Part shown: one piece after another, positions 1-10,900 of the stretch
Numbering within the stretch: position 1 is the first letter of the stretch
How the letters are laid out: every line of letters starts with the position of its first letter
Source: Klebsormidium nitens
Taxonomy: Eukaryota > Plantae > Klebsormidiophyceae
DNA length: 33,933 nucleotides
Assembly (NCBI GenBank): GCA_000708835.1
Contig: DF237722.1
Span: 1-33,933 of the forward strand
Direction of reading: 5' to 3'
Notes under the pieces: model-generated
Told to the model about the DNA's origin: nothing
The model's input: the letters and a program-made list of their open reading frames with translations, nothing else
Database searches by the model: none
Made by a program: the position numbers and the translations under genes

Positions 1-115
1 ATACTTCACGTCGTTGGATTTGACATCGGGCTATCATCAGATTCTGATTTCTGAGGAGGATAGGCCCAAAACGGCGTTTCGAACTCCGTTTGGTCATTTC
101 CAGTTCAAGGTTTAA
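1..115 (+). mobile_element. Ty3/gypsy LTR-retrotransposon reverse transcriptase fragment (truncated remnant; window starts inside it)
   Basis: Frame starting at 2 reads [37 protein letters not shown] (TAA 113-115). This matches the gypsy RT block 'xDLxSGYHQIxxxxxDxxKTAFxTxxGxyef', cut just before the expected 'xpFGLxNAP'. Confidence 0.9.
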
Positions 116-198
116 TAGTGGCGGCCTAAACGTGGCCCACTCAGCCTTGAGCCTTTTCTTTGCCCCGAAGCCAGTAAACCACGCATGTTTCGCTGCAG

Positions 199-3100
199 GC
201 ATACCAGCTTCGAAGGGCAGCAGCTTCACGAAGTCAATCCAGGTCATCTCCAGCTCTCGCCAAGGTCCTGACGCGAACCGCACCGAGATCCGGAACGTCA
301 ACAAAATGGTTCAAAAGGCGATCACGTTCCTGTCTGGCGGGTAGGTCTGTCCGAGATGAACGATTTGCGCGCGTGCTTGCCAATTTCTGACCATTAGGTT
401 ACTTGTGTTTCTTCGGATCCTGCTGCTCGAAGACTCGTCCGATTGGAACCACGATTGAATCCTTCCTTGTCCCGCGGGTTCAGAGCCTCATTTATCTTAG
501 CTCCTGGTCATGTTACCACAGCCATAATCCAACCCGAACGCTGACGGACCTGACAATTCAGAAATACGAGAGAACTGAGGTGCCCGTTCTGTGGCGCCAT
601 GTCAATTGTGCCTTGCCGTCTCAGAGGTCCTCGTTTAATTGCCTCCGCAAAAGGATACGTCAAGGTGATGACCGTTCGACGCGATAATCTCAGCTTTAAC
701 ATAGAAGCACTTGATTTTCATCAAACCAATGTCGGGCTGCACCTTGCGGCTCAACCGGATTATATCCCGCCGCAGGTTTAGCATCCAGTACGATCCAAGG
801 GCGCTTGAGATTGGCGGAGTGGGCATCGCTGCGATTGGGCTGGTCGCCCTTGCCGGGGGGGCCGTAGTAGCAACCGCAGGGGCGGGCTTGTTCTACCTCG
901 GCTATGCGACTTCTCTTGCTCTGGCCGGAAGCGCAGCTGGAGTTGCTGGAGGGGGCGCTGCCGCGACCGTTGCCGGCGTCGGACTTACTGTAACGGGTGT
1001 TGCGCTTGGCAAGTCGGAGTTTCTGATTGATTCGTACGTGGACGTGCTGAAGCTCGCGGTCAACGAGGCGCGCCTCTGGACGCCAGAATACAAGCCCGAC
1101 GAAGAGCTCCCCAAAGACGAGGATGCGCAGCTGCTGTCGCTGGAACAGGAACTGGGCAAACTCGGTAAGCGCGCGCAGCACTGTTTCGAGGGCTGCCGGC
1201 TGGCCGAAGCAGCAGCTTCTTGTAGCCGGCCCGTCACGAAGTTTTGCTAGGCAAAGGCAGTAACCTGGGCAGCATTGAAAGAACTTCGTAGAAGTTATCC
1301 AACGATGTTGGGCACCATTTGTTCCTGCACTCAGCCAACGTCTCTGCACCAAGAGCAGGTAGCTTGTCCTGTGCAGTGAGCGCCCTGGAAAACAGCAACT
1401 GTGCATAGTGTGCGACTTCTTGGAACGGCCCGCCTCATGCAAGCCCTGCTTCACAAAGCCGAATAGAGACGATGTATCTACTATTCCCGTTCGAGAGCGT
1501 ATTCAACAGGAAACTCACACGTGGTGACTACGATATGATTTCCGTCTTGACGCCTCCGGCGGAGGCGCTGGGAATCCTTCTGAAGTTTGTCGTTCCTCTT
1601 CGCAGTCGTCAAGTCCACGGATTTTGCCCGGCTGGTTGATAAGCCCAACGGGGCACTGCCCACGTTCAAGTACAAACTGCTGCTGGGCTCGACGGAGGAG
1701 ACTCGTCGCAACCTGCTGAGGCGCATCAAGATGATTGTGGCGGCCACGAAGCTGTACAAGCCGATCAAATCGACCCGCTTCGTAGGTATCGTGGGAGCTG
1801 AAGATGCTGGAAAGTCCACGTTCATCAAGGTACGGGACTACTTGCAACGGGACTACTTGCAACGGCAGTCATAGAACGGGAGCTCTGACGCCGACGTAGA
1901 GTCATGGTTCATGGCCTTGTGATTGTGTCTGCTTGAAAGATTAAAAGAGTTGTTGTGAGACGTCAAATGGAGAAAAAAAGTGCACCGCTCTTGACCATTG
2001 CGAGTAATCAAGCCGACCTTCTTTTCATCCGCTTCGATTCACTCCAAATGTGGGCACGCATTTCTGTCGTAACACTGCAGTGGGGAACCCTGGAAACTGA
2101 GAGCAGTCCTCACTCGACTCTCTTAATTCGATTGCAGAAGGTGATGCTCGCCAAGGGCGTCAAGTCAAAAACTACCCCGGCAGTTGGTGATCATCTCCAC
2201 ACTAGGGTGGTCTTTCCGTACGAGATCACGGAGAGCTTGTGGCTTGTGGACTTCCCTGGAGGAAACGGCCTAGGCGATTACGCCGACTCGTGGCAGCAAT
2301 TCACCTCTCTGCCCAGCTCCGCGATTCTTCTGCTGCACTTCAACGTAAGCGACCCAAACCTCGCGCGCCGTGTTCTGTCCGTCGGAGGTGTTTTGAAGCT
2401 TACAGAAACATGCACCCTCAGATTCGTCCGCTTGTCTTGGTCATCTCGGTATATCTGGATGCTACTCCGAGCATATTTCCAATCACATTGCCTCTCGCTG
2501 CCCATCGCAGACCTGCCATCTAGCACTATCTCGCAATCAAACCAACCCACTGGAAGCACCAGATTTAGGAAGCCGTTTCCAATCTTTTCGATTTGAACGC
2601 TGGTTTGACCCTGGGTTGACTTTCCGCTTCTCAAAATGGAGTTTGCGGCTCTGGATTCTGTTAGCACCCTAGGTCCACGCTACCAATCATCTTAACGTTC
2701 AGGCTGCCACTAGACCATCCATCAAGATCAACATAGAAACTCTCTAAAGCAATGTTCCTATAAAAAGCTGCAAACTGAGCTGGCAATGATCGAGACTGCC
2801 CTGACCCAACAGATCCAAGGGCCTAGTCAGGTGCGGCCGCCGAGACGTCGTCAACCTTGTGTGAATTGTAGCTTTTGAACCAATGTAGTAAACGGGGGTC
2901 ATCTGGTTTCCAATCTGCCTGCAGAATGACATCAAGACAGAGCACGTCGAGATGTACAACAACATGATGAAGAAGAGTCTGGAGACGTCGCACCTGATTG
3001 TTGCGTTCAACCGTGTGGACGACAAGTTCGGCCGCGCGGACAGACCTTGCCCCGACGACTACTTTGACGAGCTGAAGAAGAAAGCCGTGGAGGCGCTCAA

Positions 3101-3233
3101 ATGCACGGCATCCGAAGTGCACTACGTGTGCCTCGATCCGGAGGTTCCGGAGAAGTGGGAGCGCCTCAAGAAGCTCGGTGTGCTCGACTTCGAGCAGTTT
3201 GCCAAATTGGCGATCGTTGGCCTCGAGTTCTGA
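199..3233 (+). CDS. TRAFAC-class P-loop GTPase (IRG/MMR_HSR1-like fold) with an upstream Gly/Ala-rich hydrophobic segment; 5' end incomplete
   Basis: Phase-consistent exons 199-340 (least certain), 776-1164, 1606-1829, 2138-2344, 2925-3233 (TGA), all with GT/AG boundaries, ~420 aa. Motifs: G1 FVGIVGAEDAGKST, candidate G2 Thr in HLHTRV, G3 WLVDFPG, G4 LIVAFNRVD. No start codon located. Confidence 0.8.
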
Positions 3234-4996
3234 TAGTAAAGACGACCCAGTTTACCGGTCTGCAAAGTCCGGGCCTTTGGGCACTGGTAGATTAGAAGAT
3301 GAAGTAGCGGACTCACACTTCAGGACCCATCGCCCTGTTATTGCTCGTTGGTAAGGGTTTCACGAACAGCATATAGAGAATGGACCGAGAGCATCAGGAT
3401 GACCGTAATTTCGACGATCCAACAAACAAGATTTTCATGCAAACCGTCTATAAAGCTTTCGACGTACTTACCAAGCAGCCATGCACCTTATACCAGTACC
3501 ATACCTCGAAATGTGTATTCCCGTGCGCAGCTTCAACGTGCAGCAGAATCTGAAAGCGTGATATACGATTGAGGTGGCGCTAGAGCCTAGTGCATTTCTA
3601 GTGCGTCATGTATCTTGAAGTCTCTGCGCGGACAGTCTGGTCCGATCAATACAACCGGAGATTTAGTCAGGCAAAAACAAGTTCCTCGATCTGGCAACAC
3701 TGAGTTTTGCGCATGCTCCTACATAATCAAAAACATCAGTACTACTTTCGTGCACTGTCCCGATAGATCTAGACCTCAAAGATACAACGAGCTCCGGCCG
3801 GTTGGCCAATGACCATGCAGCCAATTGCAATCGAGTACTTTTTGTGACGCGCATTTTCCGGTTGAACCGGTGCGGCGCTACGTGTATATTCATGCGAGCG
3901 TGCACAAGCCTGATCGAATCGAGGGCGCGGCCTAGCGTTCCCATGTTATTGATTGCCGCATGTTTTTGAACATATGCGCAGCAAGCTTTGCGCTGTAAAA
4001 CTCGAAAAATTGCATATAAACACTGATCCTAGCTGCAAGAAAGGTTGGTGTATGTGCAACTACCGAGGGGGAACTTAGCATGGGCAGATTTAATCTGGTC
4101 GTGCAAATGCCATGTGAACTATCGAGTATATGGATCATCATGCACATCGTTATCAAACTTGTATACTGGCACGCGCGTCTGTTCATGCTATCCTAGCTAG
4201 TCGGAAGCATTGAAGCCCTTCGGCGGCATCATTGCAATTAATCGATCCGCGATTCATGTTGACTCGTAATGACAATCTAGCTGGCATGGCATATGCTGCC
4301 AGTATATAACTTTCAAATTGCGATTGAATATATAATTGCACTATCTACGAAGTGCAACAATGTTCGCATGCTGCAAAACATGCTGAGGTCTATTATAGCA
4401 TTGACTCGCGCAAGCCCATCAATCCAATAAAGATTCGTGCTTCAGCGATAAGACCCGGCCCGAACTTTCAATTTGGTACAGCTAGACGCGACACAATGGC
4501 TTATACGGTTTTGAGGGGCTGAACTTCGGAAAGATGGCTTTGCTGTAATCAATGGGGTTCAGCTCGTCCGGCATTGTTAGCAACATGCCTCGGAGTGCGA
4601 GGTTGATAGCTTTGATTGAAGGTCACACGTATTGATATTCAGGTTGTGACTCACTTCATTTTTCCATTAGCGACCGACTTTGATAGGTTGACAATTTCAC
4701 AAGCCAACGAGCGAATGACCTCGTTGTATGGCATTGCTGTATTAACTGACCACTAACTACCGAGCAGAGAACGCTTCTGAAGTCCTTCGCAAATACAGTG
4801 CAATGGATACAAGCCAGCCATGCAGGCTGCGACCAAATCTCAGGCTCGTCACATGATCGAGGTCCGGTCTGTTTGCAAGATTGCCACTGATCAACTCGCT
4901 CTCGTTCACCCCTAGCTCTAGTAACCGCAATTGCGGCCATCGTCTCGTCTCTTTACCTTAGCCCTGACTTCCGCGAGTAAGCCTCCAACTATTGTA

Positions 4997-7900
4997 CTAC
5001 TTTTTCCACTGCCACGAAGGCCCGCCAAAGCTCAGCAACGTGGGGTTGAGCGTGGCAAATGCAACGGGTCGGGGGCTGTCCTGAGATTGAGAGTTCTCTT
5101 GAGTGTTGAATGCTAGCTGCAAAGAGGTCCTGGTTTTTGACACCCAGTCATCCTGGCCTAATTTGTTCCACTGCTGCCTCCACAGCTGGTTGTCCTGCAG
5201 CCAGCAATGAAAACAGGTTACTCATTCTTGGAACAGACTTTGGCACACTCGGGCCCCTTAACACCCGGGGTCAACATGTTGCCAGTTTCCCTAGTGTTGA
5301 AACACCGCGATCTTCGATTCGAGGTTGCGTCCGACGGGATTGATTGAACGCAGAACCAGTCAACAAATAGAGGGAAAATGCCCGGCCCGCTGCTTATGTA
5401 AACAATCTGGAGGCTCCATGAAGCTTTTCAGCCCGCATTTGAACCTTCAGACCTAAGCTGAGGATGCTTTTAGCTTGGGTGCACAGCTTCAGTGCTTGCC
5501 AAGGGGAGATGATAGGTGAACTCAGCTGCACACAAGTTTCCGGAACTTTTAGTGCTGTTCAATAGCGTAAACCTCCGGCGTCGAAAGCAACATCGTGACA
5601 CCGGGTTTAAGGGGCCCGAGACAGTCCTTGCCTTGTGTACGCCTTAATTTCGCTGTCAGCTCTGCCGAAATAACGCAGGCATCACAAATTCTCCTGACTC
5701 ACTGGCAAAACAAAATGCGGAATACAATCGAACCCAAGCTTGTCCCAGCTTCCCACGCTGGGACAGATTTTGTCCCAGCGCGACAAAATCTGTCAATCAC
5801 TTCAAGTCCGCCCACGCAGTTACCACATGCATAACTTGCAGACTGCAGCGGCTGAATAGAGACTTCCCTTGCGCCGCAAGCCGCCAATCTCTGACAGTCG
5901 CAGCGATAAAAAGCAGTCACGGTGATAAGTAGGAGGTGAAGGGTTGGCCTTTTCACTTAAAGGCGTATTGCTAAACCTCCTGACGAGAGTCTTCGCCCGT
6001 TATCATTGAAAGATTAGTTCAAGAAAATATTACGTCAATAACCTTCTTAGTAACAGGTCCAACAATCATCTCCATGTCGAACGCAACGTCAAAAAGCGTA
6101 GTACTCACGTCATTGGAGCTCGTTTCCAGGGTTGGCCGCTTGGACTCGATTCGGAAGGCCCGCCGGGCGCTGTCCAGGTCCTTGGCCATCTGCTCCTTGG
6201 TCTGCCTGATGGGCGCCTCAGCAGCAAGCATCTCCGTCTCGCGCTCTTTCTCGACTTCCTCGACCTGCGAAACAATCAGTGCCCACGCCTAGTTAGTCGA
6301 TGGCTTTCGAGGAAGTAAAACGTATTCAGAGTACTCAAAGCCTTTTGAATAGGACAAAAGTGTGTGATGAAGGTTCCGATTGTAAGGTCTCCCCAAGTTG
6401 CATAGGAGCTTTCACCCTTTCTGCGCCAGAATCGAGCCTTCTCGGCAGACATGACTCCCTAGTTGGTTTGCTTCTACGAGGACATAGCGGAAAACTAATG
6501 CTGCGCCAAGTTATCTGAACACGTGGCCTTTGCGTTGTCCTTGCCGCCTCAGGGCGGCCAGCGCTTGACCTGTAATCTCCTTCAATTGTCAATGTTGTGA
6601 CTGTGTCTCTGTCAACGATCAGCGATCTTGTTACCGCCAAAGACGCTCCAACTCGGTTGTTATTGTTCCCACCTGGTCTGATGATATGACCAGTTCTTCA
6701 TTCCCCTAGTTATCTGTCCCAATGACGGGTTGGAACTCCTCCATAACACCAGGTCTCTTATCCTCCCACCTTACCCGCCTGATGACAAAATCGAAGTTTT
6801 GCCAACGCCAAATCGAAAGCCCAAGCCAAGCACGAAACGCTCAGTGCTGTCGGTCACCTGGGCCCCAGAAAGCAAGTTCGCAAATGCACAATATTTCTCT
6901 TGATGACCAGTCCTCCAAAAAGAAAAAAGGTGTTAAGCAACGCAAGCGTGTTGCCCACCTGCTCCCGGATTTTGTTGCGCACGGACTCGTCGTACTCCCG
7001 CTCCGCCTCGTCGAGCAGCAGGTCGCCGGGCGTGGCGCGCGAGAAGAGCGGCTCCTTGTCGAAGATGGCCTCCAAAACGTCGGGCCGGACGGTGCCCTCC
7101 AGCAAAAACCGCCTGCAAAATGCGACAAGTAAATCGGGTAAGAAAGTAGTTTGGTCAGGAGGGGATAAGGTGCAGACTCGAAGCGGTGCTGCAAGAGAAA
7201 GAAAATAGCGGCTCCTTGTCAAAGACGGCCTCCAGAACGTCGGGTCGGACGGTGCCCTCCAGCGAAAACCGCCTGGGGAAGACGACAAAATGTACGAACC
7301 AAGTAAGGCAAGGAGTGCTTTAGTACGACTGAGCCGATAGTCTGTGCAGAGGTCAACAAGAGGATAGGATCTGCTTGATTTGCAAAGTTGGTTTAGCAAA
7401 TCAACTTTGCTGAGCATCAGATGCATAGTTTGCGATGGGTAGGAAACGAGTAGGTGGCTTCCTTCCAAAGATGGGCTACAAAACGTTGGATCGGCCAGTG
7501 CCTCCAGCAAAAGCCGCCTGTAAACGGCGACAAATGCATTTTGTTCGGTGAATACGAGGTTGGATTCAGCTATATCAATGAGTGCGACTGGGGCGATGGA
7601 CTGGCAAGGGTCAGTAGAGCACGAGGCGCGAGTTTACGAGGGGAAAGAAAGAGCGACTTTTTTCTGGAAGACGGGCCAGAAAATGTCGAGCCAGACCGTG
7701 CCCTTCAGGCAAAAGGCAAGCTGTGTGTACAGATTATTTGTCGCAAGTTCTGGTTCAATATACATATTTAGTGCGGCGACAGAGGCGACAAGAGCCAGTC
7801 GAAGATGAGAGGCGAAATCGAAGTGAAGGTTGAGAAAAGGAAGAGAAGGACGGCTCCTCGTCAAAGACACTGCCCCATGCTGGCCCCGGGGTTCCATCAG

Positions 7901-10900
7901 GATGTGCGGGACATGTGCGAAAGATGTGCGGGAAATGTGTGCACGGGAAACGGCATAAGGCCAAAACCCCGCCCTGGTATGTTTCGTCGAACTCAGCAAA
8001 AACGTGAAACGCCAAGCCCCTGCGTCTTGCAATTCATTTGTTCTTGTGAAAAGAACACCCGGCAACCAAGAAGAGCTTTCTACCCCTGCCCACCTGACGT
8101 CGACATGCTCCGGGACGGTCAGATCCTCCCGCTCTAGTTGCTCCCGCACCGTTTCCGCTTCCAGAACGAGCTGCTCGTCCAGCTCTAGTTGCTCCGCGAC
8201 CTGCGCGCGCTGCACCGCGTGCTCCGCCCTCCGCTTCACGGACGCAAACCAATTTTCCTCCAGAGCAACGATCTGCCTTCTGCCCTCGATTACGGACTCC
8301 TGCGGAATCAAAGCGTCAACTTGCGTTCAGACGTTGGTAAAGGCGAGATGTGCCATTCTGGTGTATCGGAACATTCTCTGCGAAGCAGCTTTTGTTTTGG
8401 GAGAAACACTTGACGTTCGCAAGGCAGTTTTCTAGAGCCAGAAATCGAGGCGTTGTCCTCGATCACGGTATCTGGTGGCCGGTAGAGGAGATGAAGCAAG
8501 GGCAACGATGAATGAACATGTAACCACGAGCCTCGCATGTGTAGCGGTGTTTGGGAACCATGCTTGGAACTATCTAAAGCGGCCAGTTTTGTACGTCCTT
8601 AGCTTCTTGCAGCGGTACTCGTCGTGCAGCAAAACAGAGGCTGGGGACACAACTGTGAAACTGAAATTGTGAATTTTGCTACAGATTGTGACCGATGGAC
8701 ATTAAGTGCCTTGGGGATGGACACTTCTGCTGAACTTCAATTGTTTGTGACCGTAGTGCATAAGGTACATAACGCTGACCGTCTGGCTCAGCTTTGCAGA
8801 TGAGATGGATAGCTAGCAGAAAGCCGTTCGCATGAGAACATGGTGGGCGATTGACGGGGTATGAGCGCAAATTAAGGCACCTACGACGACCGATGCCCGC
8901 AGCCTATCCCCGTGGGAAGCTTGACGGTCGAAGCTAAAGAACATCCGAACTAAATCAAGACGAAACGATGAATGCGAGGTGCAGTAACGAAAGTATGAAG
9001 CGACCGAACCAGCACCACGTTGTCCTGGACCTGCTCCGTCCGGATAATGAGGAAAAGCGTTGAAAAAGAGAAGCGGAGAGGACGTACCGCTGCGGCCGAC
9101 TCCCTGTTCTCGGGCTTCGCAAGGAACTCCCTCTTCCACGCCTCAAACTCCTCTTCCGCTCGCCTCTTCCTCGCTTCCGCCCTTTCGATCTTGCGCTGCG
9201 CCGCTGCCGCAACACCGGGCAGCTTCGCCGCCTGCTTGGCGCTGGCCTTGCGTGCACGCTCAGCTTCCCGTGCAATGCGTGCGTTCTCGGATGCCGTGAG
9301 CTCCGGGCTCGGCGGGAGCTTTCTGCAAAGCATTACGAAATTATTAATGCATTAGGGAAAGCTTTCGAAGTTCAGAAGCTCTGAACTTTGTGGGAATCTG
9401 TACTCTTCACAAGCATCTGCGGTCGATCGGATTGAAGCGACCGCTAAGATATGCCGACTGCACAAAGAGCAACCCGTGAGCATCGATGGAGCGCTGAAAG
9501 CACAGGTTGTACCGTACTCGTCCACCATTTTTGTCTAAGGAGTAGATATAGGAAAACCTGCGCAAAGTAACTTCACCACAACACATTTGCGCTCCTCGGA
9601 ATACTGTCTTCTCTGAGAATACTACCCGTTCTCCGTCCATGTGTGCAAAGAAGCATCTTGAAATGAAGATCCTCAAAGTCAAGTGCGCCCCTTGGAACAA
9701 CTCCTTCTACCTGAATCTTACCCGTTCTCGTTCATGTGTAAGACGAAGCATCTTGACTTGAACGTTGAACTCTTGGAACCCGAAATCCCACCTCCGCCCC
9801 ATGAACTTTCTCCCCTAGTGCTAATTCTTAACCCAATCCCGCCTCTGTATCAAGGTCAAGTATCACAGCCCAGGCAGCCAAAAACCTTCAAGAATCTCTT
9901 ACGAAACGCTTAACATCCCACCTGCGCCCCGTGAAAAAGTCCTCCATTGGGTTGAACACTTTCTGGTCCAGGAACGCCAGCACCCCGTCGAACCTCTCGT
10001 CCAGCGACTTCTCGAACGACGCCTTCCGGTCGTTGTGTGCGCGCGCCTTCTCCTCCTTCTTGGCGCGCATCTTCTCCGCCGCGCGCGCCCGCTCTAGTTC
10101 CCGCTGGCGCTTCGCCTCCTGCCGCTTGTCCATCTTGCTGACGTCAGCCGCAGCCTGCTCCTTGCCGTCCGTCTTGGGGCGCGGCTTTGGGATGATCCCC
10201 TCGATCATGCGCCTCGTCTTGCCGAGGCCGTCGGTTACGGGCTGCACACAGAAGAGTAGGGGCGTCAGACTTCCTCGACTTTCTTACATCCCGTCTTTCC
10301 TACGTTGCTCTTTACTTTGATTTGATCTATCTCCGCAACGTGCTTGGTCTTGCTTCAGTTGTCGGTACTCGGGTTGCTCCCTGCAGACGAAATACAGTTT
10401 GCTCTCTCCACTTTGAGGCTTCTCCCACATCCCCCCCCAGGAAAAAGGTAATCCCTTCCATCCTTGATTGTCATTCTCGCGCCCTGGAACTTGCAAACAA
10501 TGAAGAAAACTGAGTGGAATTCTTTCCCGCTAGCTGACGCTGGGTAAATCGGCGAGGGCGGATGCTGCGCTGCATTGCTTTCAACAACTCAGCTGCCCAT
10601 CGTCGAACATGCCGGCTGAAAAACCTGACTTGAGGAAATTAGCCCGGAAATTAGCTCCTTAATCGCCGAAGAAACAAATTCAGGTATAGCAGCGTGCGCA
10701 GCATTAGCTGAGGTTCATTCTGATGAAAATGGAGTGTGTGCCGCCAGGTTCTATTTGCAGTTAACCAGGATATGTAGACTTGCACTTAAATCGATTGGAC
10801 AGCTGTTGAACCATCACCAGAGCTCGAACACAGAAGACAAGTTCCGGACAGAGCCTGGGCGCCGAAACCCAAAAGAAACGCGTGTAATTGAGCAAAGTAC

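Noticed and set aside
484-1358. Extra candidate GTPase exons 484-579 and 1261-1358
   Set aside because: 484-579 is phase-incompatible with its neighbours; 1261-1358 has no phase-matched downstream acceptor. Direct 340>776 and 1164>1606 joins are in frame.
696-1454. 252-aa - strand ORF (and 902-1237)
   Set aside because: Antisense shadow of the GC-rich GTPase exon 776-1164; no motifs or consistent splice chain.
1832-1865. 15-nt tandem duplication (ACGGGACTACTTGCA)x2 just after a GTPase donor
   Set aside because: Purely intronic and does not include exon sequence; treated as ordinary slippage.
3300-4900. Lower-GC intergenic stretch rich in short palindromic hexamers, considered as a Helitron or MITE
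   Set aside because: No terminal inverted repeats, target-site duplication, 3' hairpin-CTRR end or coding remnant could be identified by eye.
7634-8311. 225-aa - ORF
   Set aside because: One real exon (8299-8094) plus read-through into an intron containing decayed exon copies.
10290-10380. Candidate exon EQPEYRQLKQDQAR...
   Set aside because: Phase 2-1 does not fit the flanking phase 0-0 junction.
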